DNA of 63,847 nt, filler included, from Globobulimina sp. (lineage: Eukaryota): the NCBI GenBank assembly GCA_003354225.1. It is 57 parts of 57 records of this genome, joined end to end, with 100 filler letters (N's around TTAATTAATTAA, not from the genome) between each part and the next. Parts side by side here need not be neighbours in the genome. Positions count along the whole stretch, not along the records: positions 23,577 to 24,598 come from PIVH01025566.1; positions 24,699 to 25,720 come from PIVH01025567.1; positions 25,821 to 26,842 come from PIVH01025568.1; positions 26,943 to 27,964 come from PIVH01025569.1; positions 28,065 to 29,086 come from PIVH01025570.1; positions 29,187 to 30,208 come from PIVH01025571.1; positions 30,309 to 31,330 come from PIVH01025572.1; positions 31,431 to 32,452 come from PIVH01025573.1; 49 more parts are not named here. The stretch is one strand, 5' to 3'. Every line of letters begins with the position of its first letter. Position 1 is the first letter of the stretch. This document shows, piece after piece, positions 23,682 to 37,092 of this stretch. Position numbers and translations under genes: made by a program. The notes beneath the pieces are model-generated. The model saw only the letters and a program-made list of their open reading frames with translations. It made no database searches and was not told the origin of the DNA.

Positions 23682-24598
23682 ATGCATCGATTATTCCTGT
23701 ACTTTGTATTATTGCCAAATTTAATTCAAGCAGCAATAACCGTAATAGATGGAGTATGGACTGATGATTATTCGCAGGCAACAAATGCAAGAGATGGTTG
23801 GTATTTAGAAAATGAAAGGGATGGAGATTTAGGCAACCCGACGATTCAAGGTGATCCCTATAAATATCATGGCTGGTTTCAAAGGGAAGGTACTAATTAT
23901 AATGATGGTGGCTGGTATAATCGGATGGAGCGATATTTTCAATGTCACAAAACATCCGATGTGTATATCTCATATATATTGGCATATTGTGACGAAGGAG
24001 AGGCAGAAGACAAATTATGGTTATATGTCGATGTTGTACAAATTAAAGAAGATAGTATGGCTGCTACTACAAACGATTTGTGGCATATTGAAACAGGCAA
24101 TACATTTGAAAATAATATTAATGGTATAAACACTGATTGTGATAGTTTATATGAATGGCAGTACAAGGTAAGATCCAACCTTGCTATCGGTATAAAAGAT
24201 GAAGGGGTTGACTTTTTCGTTAAATTTCGATCTTATATGAATGGTAATGATGAAAGACATGTTATTGGTGATGTAGAGATAGAATGTATACCCACACCCT
24301 CTCCAACAACTGTACCTACATTTCAACCAACCAGTGTTCCCACAGGTAATCCGACAGTATCTCCCAGTCACACACCCAGTACATCGCCAACCACACTACC
24401 ATCCAATGCACCAACTATATCTCCATCAAATCCGCCAACCTTTGCCCCATCAATAGCTCCATCATATCCTCCTGGACACCCAACAAATTCACCCACTTCA
24501 ACACAAAAATATGTATACGTTAGAAAGAGTGGATGTGATTATGCGGATTGTAGCTCATCAACAACAGACTATACATATGAGTGTGTACATGAGATCCC
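23682..24598 (+). CDS. Secreted protein with signal peptide and PTxxPT/PSxxPT mucin-like repeats, 3' partial
   Basis: Hydrophobic N-terminus MHRLFLYFVLLPNLIQA; Pro-Thr/Ser repeats from ~24290 to 24500. Confidence 0.75.
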
Positions 24599-24698
24599 NN
24601 NNNNNNNNNNNNNNNNNNNNNNNNNNNNNNNNNNNNNNNNNNTTAATTAATTAANNNNNNNNNNNNNNNNNNNNNNNNNNNNNNNNNNNNNNNNNNNN

Positions 24699-25720
24699 TG
24701 AATCCATCAGAAAATCTAATTTTTTAAATGGTAAATCACTAATCTTTTCCAGCATTCGTTGATATTGATATTGATCATCATTTTTATCCTTGTCATCCTC
24801 ATCCATTTCCAGGTTAAGAATGGGATATATTCGATCATCCACATTGCCCGCAATATTGCTGTCAAACAAATCATAAATCGAATGACAATCAATATTAATA
24901 TCGTCGAATGTCGACGGGATGCTTAAAATATGCAATTGCAAATTCTGCCCAATCTCTGGCAATTTGTCATGGATTATTTTCATTAATGTTGAAATTGGCT
25001 CCCTTGCGTCACATTTTATAAATATCGAATTTTGTTTATAATGCTCTTGAACAATTTTATCAATCTCTATGGCATTCATATTAGTCGGCCATTCTCGCTC
25101 TAAATATAATTCATTGATTGATATTTCACACTCTTTTAATTCCCCTGTTTCTTTTTCTTTTTCTTCTTCTTCTTCTTCTTCGTTTTTCTTATTATTTATA
25201 ACTTTATCAATTTTCTTTTTCTCTCTGGATAATGTTATTATTTTTTTTAATAAACATTCAATGAATGGATTCATGGTTAATTTGTCTTCATTTATTTGAA
25301 AACAGTTTGGATGTACAATTTGAATGGTCATTTGGTTTTGTTTTGCTTCTCGTTTTTCTTTTTCTTGCTTAATTTTTATATTCATTTTCTTAACATATTC
25401 AACCAAATCATTTGGCAATGATACGTCTGGCAATGATTTGTTACTCATTTTCCTATAAACCAGCATATAGGCACACTCATCACAGCAAGAGCCAGAACCA
25501 CCATATTGCTGCGCCACCTTATTCACCGGAATACGATACACCGCCGAATCATTAAAGTCATACCAGATCTCCTTCGCCTTCTCCTCCTTCGCCTTCTCCT
25601 CCTTCTCCTCTCTCTCTGTCATAAAGTCTTTTAAATATGCATGGTAGTGGCCGGCATGCGGAGTGCCGCGATGTATGACAACACCGGTCAATGCATATAA
25701 ATGTTTGGAATCTAAATTGA
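24699..25720 (-). CDS. Ubiquitin-specific protease (C19), His-box region, partial
   Basis: LYALTGVVIHRG..AGHYHAYLKD..WYDFNDS.V..AYMLVYR. Confidence 0.9.
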
Positions 25721-25820
25721 NNNNNNNNNNNNNNNNNNNNNNNNNNNNNNNNNNNNNNNNNNNNTTAATTAATTAANNNNNNNNNNNNNNNNNNNNNNNN
25801 NNNNNNNNNNNNNNNNNNNN

Positions 25821-26842
25821 ACCATTTACTAAATATCACTGCATTAATTGCGGCAAACAGTATCATTTTAGGCAGCCATAAAACTGCCACAACCAGCAAT
25901 GCTGCAGCTCATTTTTTGGACACTGTGTTTGTGTGCAATCATCCATCAGGCTGTTTATATGAATGTTTGCATGCAGCTGCATGTTTAGAGGCAAAAATAT
26001 ATTGCCACTCAATAACAGGATGCCGGGTTAGATGCACCGGTAATTTAGCTTGTGATTCGATGAAATTGTATGCAAACACTACAAATCCAAACACAAATGT
26101 TAATATCGAATGTTATGGTTCTGGATCCTGCCAAAACATGGAATTATTTGTATCTGATGTAACCAGAGCTGATGTTCATTGTGTTGGGGTTGATTCGTGT
26201 CAAGAGTTGGTGGCGTATTACAAAAATAATACAAACACATCGGTATCATGCTACGTTAAAGATGCATGTATAAATTTAAAACTTATTGGTGATGGAGATT
26301 TGAACACGTTGAAGATGTATGAATATTCATTTGGAATCACAATGAATACAAGTAATGCTCTGGTTGCATGTGATTTGTTCTCAAAGTTTATCAAATATGC
26401 CTTCAATAGCAACCAAAGCATAGAGACACTGGTTAGAGCAGAATATGCATCTGAAATGTTGCCGTGTGAGGATATCACAGTTCTTTGTTATGATACAAAA
26501 TCATGCCATATTCAATATGTGTTTGAAGCAGAAGCAACGTTCAATAATTTGCATGCTCAGAATGTTAGGTTTCAAAATGAGCATTGTATTTATTTGGCAT
26601 TATACGATGTCATTTCTTTGCAATACGTTGTAGCCACAGCAAACCCAACACGAGCTCCATCAAATAATCCAAGTCAACCATCTTCGGAAATAATGTCAAA
26701 TGCTACTTTAACAGCAATACAATCCACAATCCACCACTCTCCACATTATGAGGATGGCGATATTTGGCAATATGCAGAATGGACAAGAGCTGGGATTATA
26801 GATTTTCAAATTTGTTCAGTATTTAACGACGTGGAGTTGGCC
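25821..26842 (+). CDS. Cys-rich secreted/surface protein, 3' partial
   Basis: Repeated (I/V)xCxGxxSC modules plus a PTRAPSNNPS linker; same style as 1124-2119. Confidence 0.7.
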
Positions 26843-26942
26843 NNNNNNNNNNNNNNNNNNNNNNNNNNNNNNNNNNNNNNNNNNNNTTAATTAATTAANN
26901 NNNNNNNNNNNNNNNNNNNNNNNNNNNNNNNNNNNNNNNNNN

Positions 26943-27964
26943 GACGCCAACTCCAATCGGATCGAATTAGAATTATATAACCAAGTTATTTACGGATTTT
27001 TGAAGCAGAAACGCAAGCACGAAGCCATTAAAATCTTTGATAAAATGATGCAAATCGATGGCCAACATCCCAACACCAAAACGTATACAATTATGATGGA
27101 GTATTATCGTCAGACACGTAACGTAAACGGCGCCATTGATCTATTGCGCGAGATGGAGGATCGCGGCTATATTCCCAACCAAATGACTTATAATGCCGTG
27201 GTATTGGCAGCGGCCTATGGCGACATTGAAGATTATTCATACAAGAAAATGTTTGAATTGTTTGATGAGATGATAATAACAAAGGAAATACCGCCGACCC
27301 ATCACACCTTTGGCGCATTGATTATTGGCTGTGGCAATATTGCCGACATTGAGACTGCCACGAAATGCCTGCATTTGATGGACAAAATGGGTATAAAACG
27401 GAGTGTAAATGTATACGAAAAGTATTTGAAAGCGATTGCGAACACAGTGCGGAAACGGAACAATTTTATACAGATTGGCAGTACAAAGAATTTAAAAACA
27501 AATGATTTGATCCGATTAAGTGAAGGCATTATAAAAAAGATGCAAAGCGACGAAGAGTTGCAAGACAAAGTCGATATAAATATAGTGAATGCGCTGTTGA
27601 GTGTGTACACTTACTCTCAGACTATAAATCGAGCGCTGATGTTTTACCAAACTATGCCTATTCGCTTTGACAATGTCGAGGCAAACCGTGATACATTGCA
27701 TTTGCTGTGGAAGGCTGTGATGAAATCGCGGAGATATGACGCCGCCAAGTATGTATTCAACATATTGAAAGAGAATGAGGTGGATAATAAGAAGGGATAC
27801 GGCGCGATCAATGCCGATATGTATCGGGAAATGATACGGTTGGCCTCATATTATAAGGATTGTGACGGTGTGGTGAAATATTTGAATATGATGAAAGAGC
27901 GGGGATTGAATATACGAGGCAGAGATAGGGCGTATTTGGCGATGATTTATGGCACAAAGGGGGA
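26943..27964 (+). CDS. Pentatricopeptide repeat (PPR) protein, partial
   Basis: ~35-aa repeats: PNTKTYTIMM..A..L..EM..RGYIPNQMTYNAVV..PPTHHTFGALI. Confidence 0.88.
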
Positions 27965-28064
27965 NNNNNNNNNNNNNNNNNNNNNNNNNNNNNNNNNNNN
28001 NNNNNNNNTTAATTAATTAANNNNNNNNNNNNNNNNNNNNNNNNNNNNNNNNNNNNNNNNNNNN

Positions 28065-29086
28065 TGATACGTATGATAAAGAACAAGAAGCAAAATTCTC
28101 AAAATATATTCAACCAAACCAGCATCCACAAAAAGACATTGATTTAATTATAGATGAAATCGTGCAAATTATCAATACAAATAAAAACAAAACAAATCAT
28201 ACCACAAATAACGAGAATAAAACCGAAACTGTGGATTATTTGCCCAAAATAGATACAGATCCATCCGATGAGGATGAGATAAATCAAAGAGCGCTCGTTA
28301 GAACTGAGGAAAACAACGATATGTCAACGGTATCCACCCACGCTTCCATGCCAAGGTATAAATACATAAAAAATATAAAACACAATTATAAATAATACAA
28401 TTTATAGTTTAATGAGCGACGATGAGTCCGATGATGCCGATGATATCGATGACGACGATGACACCGACAATGCATCTGACGATGTGCCAGAAACTAAGGA
28501 GAATATATTGGACACATCCAGCAATGAGGAGGAACCCAAAAAAACCACTGTAAAAAGTAAAAAAACAAAATTAAAGAAAAAAAAGGACGATTTTTTAACT
28601 GGAATGGGAGCTGGTTTCCTAAATAAAAAAAATAAGCCAAAGCAAACACCGAAAACACCCAAAACCAAACCATCAAAAAAACAAACTCCCAAAATGCCAC
28701 CAAAGGCAAAGCAGAAAAATAAAACCAAAGTGGAAAAAAGCCAGCGGAAACAATTGAAAATAATGGGATATTCAGACGCGACCATTAATAAAATATCAGC
28801 AAAAATAGGCGAAGCTGCGAGTATTAACGAGTTTGTGGATGAAATTGCACGATTAAAAGCGTCTGAAAACGCAAAAAACAAACCCATGCGAGAAGACAGA
28901 AAAAAAGTAGGTTTTCGCTTATCGCCTGAAAATATCGACGCTCACAAGTCGAGTGATGGTGATTTGTTTTTATGTGTTGGAGCGAGGCCAGAAAAGGCGC
29001 GATTGAGTGGGTATAGACATTTAAAATGTAATGTATCATTGAAGTGGAAATTAAAAAAAAAAGCAAAGAAAAGACCTTCGTACGCT
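28065..29086 (+). CDS. Asp/Lys-rich hypothetical protein, partial; intron 28356-28407
   Basis: A GT..AG intron joins ORFs 28162 and 28412 in frame; poly-D and K/P-rich tracts. Confidence 0.55.
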
Positions 29087-29186
29087 NNNNNNNNNNNNNN
29101 NNNNNNNNNNNNNNNNNNNNNNNNNNNNNNTTAATTAATTAANNNNNNNNNNNNNNNNNNNNNNNNNNNNNNNNNNNNNNNNNNNN

Positions 29187-29988
29187 GTGTAGTTCATTTC
29201 GATTTGTTAGCACCGTTTAATCGATGGAAATGTGTTGGGCAATATATCGATGAAGACGGCATGTTACATCTTAACCCCTTTAATATTATGAGAGATTTTG
29301 CATTTTATCGCAATGAGATAATGATATTAACTGCAAATAACAATGTAGCACGTTTGTTTATTATTGATTTTATGAATTATTTAAATGGAAGAGACATTTT
29401 TAAATCTAAATATATCTCAAAGTTAAGTATATCAATATGTGTCATTACAAATCATACTTACATTTTTGTTCAATGTTTTTTTGGTTTTTCAGATCTAAAC
29501 AGAAAGAAGCAATGATTTGTAATGAATTAAATGGAATGGAATGCCATCAACAATATGCAAATGAAATGGCAAGCACATATTTTAAGTGTTTACTTGAAAA
29601 AAGATTTAAAATTGGTGTGCATAGAAATTGTATACTTATTAATTTAGAATCAAAAAATGGATCAATTTGTTACGGTGTATTTATACCGTACATAACAATG
29701 AAAACAGCAGTTATACCCATTATAAATCAATTGGGATTTCGTTGTATTAACAGAGCGTCAGAGACATTGATCGATGTCTCTTTTGATTGGATAAAATCTG
29801 AATTTAAATCAAAAGGAATTATAAAAAAATACGGTGATGGAGGCGTGTCTGTTTTAAATATGACAAATGACACATTAAGGTTTAGGTATATTATTAAAGA
29901 GAAAACATTGGTTTTACCAAAATTTGGATATAATAATTTCAACAAAGAACAATGGAAAGTAAAGCAAAAATTATCACAATATAAATAA
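29187..29988 (+). CDS. Hypothetical protein, 5' partial; intron 29422-29492
   Basis: A GTTAAGT..TTTTCAG intron joins ORFs 29204 and 29437 in frame (YISK/SKQKEAM). Confidence 0.6.
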
Positions 29989-30308
29989 TATTAACTTGTT
30001 TTGTTTATACACATTAAGCAGTTTAGTATTTAAATAGCACTTTTTTTTTGGTAGCATGCGGATTCAATTAAAATAAAAACAAATGTTGACTAATATTTGC
30101 TATAATTTGCTAATATTTGCTATAATAACACTTTAAAAGCTGCAATTTAAAAGTTACTGGCCATTTTCACTTTGCATCATTTTCACTTTGCATCATTTTC
30201 ACTAGCTANNNNNNNNNNNNNNNNNNNNNNNNNNNNNNNNNNNNNNNNNNNNTTAATTAATTAANNNNNNNNNNNNNNNNNNNNNNNNNNNNNNNNNNNN
30301 NNNNNNNN

Positions 30309-31330
30309 AGAAATCATTTAAATCGGACTTATTATATGACAATAAACCAGTTTTTATCACTCCAATTACAATGAAAGGGATCAATCCGAAATTAATAATT
30401 GGTGACGAATCATTAAATTGCCCCCGCTATGAAATTTACATTTGGCGCTACCGATAAATATATGCTATTATTGAGAAGCAATTTATATTCGGAGTTTATC
30501 GCAACTGCACCGACCTGTGTATGCGGGAAGAAATTCACGGTCCATTTTAAATGCCCAGAACAAGCCAATTATGTGAAAAAAAGAATCAATGCAATTAAAC
30601 AAAGATGTAAAAAAGGAAAAATCACTCATAAACAGGCGGAGATCGAAATACATAGAATTTTATCAGTCAAATGTATAAAATGTGGATTTTGGGGCCATTT
30701 TATTAATCAATGCAAATGTGATGAACCGTCTTGTATTTGCTGTCATAAATCGCGCCATATTCGGACTTTAAATATTTTGGTATGTACAGATTCGTATAAT
30801 TTGGTGAAATTATTTGAAAATTTAGATACAATTATTACGCATTGGAAAGATGTTGATTTTGGGAAAATTGATCATTACAAATTAATTCATTGCTCATTAT
30901 CCAATGAGTTAACATTATCGGATATATATAAAGAAATTGCGCCAAAATCAAACAACCAAATCACATTAAATCCAAATAATCAGAATACAGAGAATAAGCA
31001 ATCAAATTATTGTGATGCCGCCCAACGTAATGCCCGCGAACAAAAAACAAAGCCACAAAATACCAACAACAACAATAACAATTCAGCGCCTTTACAGACA
31101 GACAAATTAATACCAAATGATATATTATCATCGGCCGATGAACTATTATTAAACCATGGATTGGTGGCGGAGGATTTTAATAATTCTCCTGAACAGAACA
31201 TAGAGTTTGATGAGGCAAAAATTATTGAGTTGCCCCCAAAAGAAGCAGTGACGAAGAAACAGAGCCAATCCACCAATCAGAATATCCCAACTCCGACAAA
31301 TCCATATATCGATGACGAACTATTAGCGGC
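30309..31330 (+). mobile_element. Non-LTR retrotransposon ORF1 (gag-like) with zinc knuckles, partial
   Basis: CIKCGFWGHFINQC (CX2CX4HX4C) followed by CICCHKSRH and a disordered N/Q-rich tail. Confidence 0.6.
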
Positions 31331-31770
31331 NNNNNNNNNNNNNNNNNNNNNNNNNNNNNNNNNNNNNNNNNNNNTTAATTAATTAANNNNNNNNNNNNNN
31401 NNNNNNNNNNNNNNNNNNNNNNNNNNNNNNATCTGAAAGAACATTAGCAGTCCATGCAAAACCAAACAAACGCAAACCAAAAGGCACAGGTGATTATGGA
31501 GATCAATTGACAGAGGCTTTGAATATTCAAGCTAATGCTAAGAAAAGATATGCAGATGGTGCTGCTGTGTGCAATGTGAATGCTATTTTGATGATATTGT
31601 TGTTCATAAGTGTTGTTGTTGTTGTTTAAAAGTTGTATCAACGTATTAACTTTTTTTGCTTAACGATATATTAAATAAATATAATGTTACCTTTGGGTGA
31701 CATATTTTTACCAAATAATGTTACTTTTTTACCAGTCATACTTCTTTGATGGTACCAATATTCATACTTT

Positions 31771-32451
31771 TTATACTCGAAAGAATAATATTTGTTTGGC
31801 TGCAGAATATTCGCCATCTAATAATGTACGATTTACATTTACAGAGATATGGCAATGTCCAGTTATCATTTTATAATATTCATCAAATACTCCATCATTT
31901 AAATCAACATTTAGGCCTTGTTTATATTTGCGAGAATATATTTTATCCAATAATGCTGCTTCTGAAATATCGACGGCTTTCACGAACATTCGAGGAATTA
32001 TAGAGACCAACATTTCTGGATAAAATCTTAATTTCTCTGCAATTCCATAACGGAGATACGCACGAACAATATTTTGATTATTTTCAATTGGAATTATTTT
32101 GAAATCAACACCAATGAAAAAATTGGTATTTATCTCATTAAAATCTTCAAATGTATCACATGGAAATATATATACAATGTTTTTTACTTTTTTATGTCGT
32201 CGATCGATAATTATAATTAATTTTGTTATGTTGTCTTTAATAATGTGTTTAATATCATATTGATTGTGGAATTTTGTCGCATTTATATTGTTGGTAAATC
32301 GTTGATAATTATAAGTGTTATTTCCATGCAAATATTCTCCCATTTCTGCAATGTCATAATGATAAATAATATTTTCGTCATATACACTGCGCACTGTCTT
32401 TGGTATTATCATTACTTTTAACTCAAAGGGTGTGTTTCTGTCTTTTTGCAA
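31771..32451 (-). CDS. Hypothetical protein with unrecognised DRR..YL..RF..P domain, 5' partial
   Basis: Shares motif blocks with 21621-22352. Confidence 0.65.
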   Translation of the reverse strand: MQKDRNTPFELKVMIIPKTVRSVYDENIIYHYDIAEMGEYLHGNNTYNYQRFTNNINATKFHNQYDIKHIIKDNITKLIIIIDRRHKKVKNIVYIFPCDTFEDFNEINTNFFIGVDFKIIPIENNQNIVRAYLRYGIAEKLRFYPEMLVSIIPRMFVKAVDISEAALLDKIYSRKYKQGLNVDLNDGVFDEYYKMITGHCHISVNVNRTLLDGEYSAAKQILFFRV

Positions 32452-33674
32452 ANNNNNNNNNNNNNNNNNNNNNNNNNNNNNNNNNNNNNNNNNNNNTTAA
32501 TTAATTAANNNNNNNNNNNNNNNNNNNNNNNNNNNNNNNNNNNNNNNNNNNNAATCATTTTTAGATATCGACTCTTTGGATTCCTGAGATAATGACGCCA
32601 TGTTTGGTGAGTGCTTAATTCAATTTATTAATTGTGAAGTTGAAGAAAACATTACTTGCAACTATCATTATTGTATCATTGCTATTATGCCAAGTGGTTC
32701 TTTTTGTGGCTTCCATTATAAGATAAGTTGACCACAATCAAGATTAGTTATTACATTCATTCAAAAATGTCTGAATCATCCAATGTAGGAACAATCAGAA
32801 AAATACCAAAATCGCATACATCATATTGTCCAGAAATGAACATATTTCTGTACTCAAATCAGTCAATCCCGAAATTTTATAAGTTAGAGGTTATTTTTAT
32901 TTATACTCTTGCAAAAATGAACCAGTTTCTATACTGTTTCAATAACAGTCATCAACCGAATTCTGTTAACACTTTAAAAACGTGGCGACAAATTAAAAAT
33001 GATATTCAATCACAACACCAAATGATGCAGCAAACCATAAACCATCCAACAAATACACCATCTGAAAGATGATTGCATTGCAGCATCCATTCAAATAATT
33101 AATCCTTGATTTTAATGATTTAATGACACAATTTGTTATATTTATTGTGCAGTGTATTATTTTTTTTTAGTTTTCACATTAATTTTTTTTATTAATAAAT
33201 CAATTGTTTTTGGGGGAAAAGTATTTTTGGGGATACTTTTGGTGTCTGTTACCACAGCGACTAATCAATATATTTACTCTCTGGTTTATTTTCTAGCGCC
33301 TCGTTTACTATGCAACTTAGAAGAAAACTTAAATGTCGAAAACGCTACAAGATGTATTTGACGATGTTTTAATTGAAAATCAAGTAAAGTTATCTAACTT
33401 ATCTTTAACAAACAACACAGGTTCTGACCTACTCCGTATTAATAGGCACAAAATTACTGCCAAAATTACTGCCAAAATTGAGATGCCTGCAACCAAAATC
33501 CAACCAATTGGCCCAATTCCCAGTGTATTCGCATTGATATCTGCCTGGTGGTTATTTGTGCGTATCTGGTGTTGNNNNNNNNNNNNNNNNNNNNNNNNNN
33601 NNNNNNNNNNNNNNNNNNTTAATTAATTAANNNNNNNNNNNNNNNNNNNNNNNNNNNNNNNNNNNNNNNNNNNN

Positions 33675-34560
33675 AAAATCAACACTGCGCGGCAATAACA
33701 ATGAAAATGGGAATCCCGGCACAGACAACACACCATATTTAATATCTGTACTCAATGACATATAAACACTGCCATAAATCCCACCTAAGCTGTTACCAAA
33801 ATAATTCCTATTAAATGGTTCATTGATTATTCGCTGTTTGTTTGCATTTTTAAAAAACTCTGCATTATAAAATGAAGGCGACAGCATCAATTTCATTAAA
33901 AATAATGCATTTAACATTCCTTGATGTGACCGATCTGGAACATATACAAAGTTTGTTAAATTTGTCAGGATAATATCAGATATAATTGGCACATCTTATG
34001 ATGATAAACCAAGCCATGACACTGCACATAAAATATAACCAAATGCATTTGCTTCCTGTGTAATATATTCATGTTCAACTTCTCGATAATTATGAAACAA
34101 ACCATGGCCAAATTGAACATATCTGCTATTATTTGGATGAAGGGCACCATTGAATATATTTAATGGTATAATTACTTCGAATTCAACCTGTTCCTCTCTT
34201 TGATAAACCGGTAGAAAATAATTATTTATGTTGCGAACAATTCTTACATTTGGTTGTGGTAAACGTGAATTTAAATACCATGGCACCGACATTGTGCCAA
34301 CAATTTTCCTGCCGGCATATGGAATATCAGTCGGATAATCGATGATTTCTTCAATTTTATACTTAACATTTCCATCTTTTATTCGAGAAAAGGCATCGTC
34401 TCTCATGTGCAGCATTGTACTGGTCATAGTTTGTGTTGATTGTACTGTAAAGTCCCAACTTAATTGCAATGTTTCTCGATTTATACCATTTGCTGATAAA
34501 ATATTAAATATATATTTGTTAAAATAATCTCTTCTCTCATTAATTCCTGTTATATTGCTG
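33675..34560 (-). pseudogene. Alpha/beta hydrolase-fold protein with one in-frame TAA (33996-33998), partial
   Basis: VQFGHGLF and YFGNSLGG (GxSxG). ORFs 33996-34469 and 33627-33992 are in the same frame (WLGLSS*DVP). Confidence 0.65.
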
Positions 34561-34878
34561 GATATATTATATCACATCGATCTATTTTTTCATTCTTGTT
34601 CATAGGATTGTGATATATCGAAATATTGACATGGCTGTAATTCCTTCATTTTTTGAGATATTGAAAAATAAAAAGTGGCATGTCACATTATTTTTTNNNN
34701 NNNNNNNNNNNNNNNNNNNNNNNNNNNNNNNNNNNNNNNNTTAATTAATTAANNNNNNNNNNNNNNNNNNNNNNNNNNNNNNNNNNNNNNNNNNNNCTTG
34801 GCTACATATTCTTCTATTTTAGTATTCTTGTATTACTAACTATATACCACTCCAAAAACTCTAAGCTAGCTAACTACA

Positions 34879-35818
34879 ATGGATATCGCTAAAAATTCAC
34901 ATTATAAATTCATGAAAAAAATGCTTGATGATACTCACCTAAAAATAGCAAATCCGCAGTTTGCCCCAAAATTCCTGACATGCCTTGCGAAGGGCGACAA
35001 AAACAGTGGTGGATCCATAATTGATTACGTAATCACTGAGAAGTTAGACTCGATTAAGTCGCTGCGCATTGATACCCACCCGGTCTTCATGGACCACCGA
35101 CCTGTAATCTTCACATTGAATAACATTAAATGCCAAACTGATGTCATCGATAAGCATTTTGTACTCCGCCAATACGCACCAAATTACACATTAATGAAAT
35201 TGCACCATAACATCCTAAAAAACAAAGCCAAACACCTAAAAAAGTTTGGCCACAACGCAACATTTTATCATAATCAGTCAGAAAGAGAATATATATCAAA
35301 CATAACTTCTCTCACTGCTCTGTACATAATACACCTTGCAACCATTAAAGCCTTTGGCATTGTTGACTTTGATGTGGCCAATAATTGGACCAACATGACC
35401 ACCAAACAAATCTCCCTAAACATAAAACAACGACTCTTCATGAACACCAATTCGAATACCAATGAGATGCATAATCTAATAATTGAAGCTGAAAATGAGT
35501 TTGTGCGCAATAAACAGAATCAATTGACCCAAAACACCATCCGTTTCAATAACCTAAATCATTCCAATAAACTAAAAACATTCAAAACTTATAATAAAAG
35601 CAAGGATTTCATTGTAGACGAACCATTCCTGAAATATAAAGACAAAATAATGGATAAAAATACTGCGCTGCAACAATTCTTTGGTTCCATTTGTGGTCCG
35701 ATGGCAGACCCAACCACCAATAATGAGATAGATGACATAAATCAATTTGCAAATAAACTGAATAATCATTTGATAAATCCGCTGATTTTCATTCCTAACA
35801 AACCACAAAAACACAATG
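34879..35818 (+). mobile_element. Non-LTR retrotransposon ORF2 fragment: end of APE-type endonuclease plus linker
   Basis: T..GSIIDYVI..MDHRPVIFTL match the C-terminal motifs of EEP/APE endonucleases. Confidence 0.65.
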
Positions 35819-35918
35819 NNNNNNNNNNNNNNNNNNNNNNNNNNNNNNNNNNNNNNNNNNNNTTAATTAATTAANNNNNNNNNNNNNNNNNNNNNNNNNN
35901 NNNNNNNNNNNNNNNNNN

Positions 35919-36940
35919 AACAAGATATATTCACGCCAATCTATAAACGATTAGCATTGAACAACGTTGTTAATAATAACAACAGCAGCAACATTGTCGA
36001 CGACCATGCTAAAAAAAGGAGGTTGTCCATGCGCAACGATCTACCCTTTGTCAACAGCTCCAATCCACAGCAGAATCGATCCTTTGATGTTCCCTTAATG
36101 ACTAACGACGAAACGCAAAATATTAAAAAATATATGGCGATTTGTGGCGTTTCTATCGATAATATCCATTTATTAGAAGCAAAATTGATGGAGAAGCAGA
36201 GGGATATTATGAGGGAAAATATCCATGCTTTCCAAGGCAATGAGCAGAAATTGGATCTCTTATTAGATAATATCGACGATTCCATAGAGTCTGTACAGGA
36301 TTTAGTTAAGTTCCATCCTCGCACTTTGCAGTTTGAATAATATATACATCCATTATCCAGCAAGCGAGCTTGAACCAATATAAACGACATATTAATAAAA
36401 TGGCGAGCGGGGTGAGTCGGATTAAAAAAAAGAACCATTCGCTAGCCATTCAAGACCAAAATAACACCAAATTGACAGCAAAGTTAACAGAGATATGCTC
36501 CCAATTAAAGTTGCATGCAAAATATGAACAGACGCTCAAGAATCCGTCATTTAAACCGGACACAGAGTACAAGCGCTCATTGAAAGCAGTGGATATATTG
36601 TCTACAAAACTAAATCTGACGTTTACCGATGGTTTGGAATCTATGAAGGCCGTGAAATCGCAGCGAGATCATTTTAAAACTTTAAATGAGAGATTTTGCA
36701 GTGAGGCTACAAACTTTTTAAACGACTTATTTAGTAAAAATAGTCGAATTCAACAAAGTAAGCCAGAAACTAATCGGCCTCGAAATAAATATGACAAACA
36801 GCGATTCATTGGCCCACATACTCCGATCCATGCCGTATTATTCAAATATGATGAATTGTTAAAACATATTGGTGCTTTGCATGCGGATAAATTTAAAGAT
36901 ATTATCATTTTTTATGAACGAGCCTTCAGTAAGTTATATG
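35919..36940 (+). CDS. SEC3: Exocyst component Sec3/EXOC1-like, partial; intron 36305-36360
   Basis: Spliced coiled-coil ENIHAF..QDL/QASLNQY..I...N..L.IQ..N..KL, and GLESMKAV. Confidence 0.65.
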
Positions 36941-37092
36941 NNNNNNNNNNNNNNNNNNNNNNNNNNNNNNNNNNNNNNNNNNNNTTAATTAATTAANNNN
37001 NNNNNNNNNNNNNNNNNNNNNNNNNNNNNNNNNNNNNNNNACTAAGTAGACTAAACGATATAATCAGATAGATAACCCCACATGCAGGCAGA

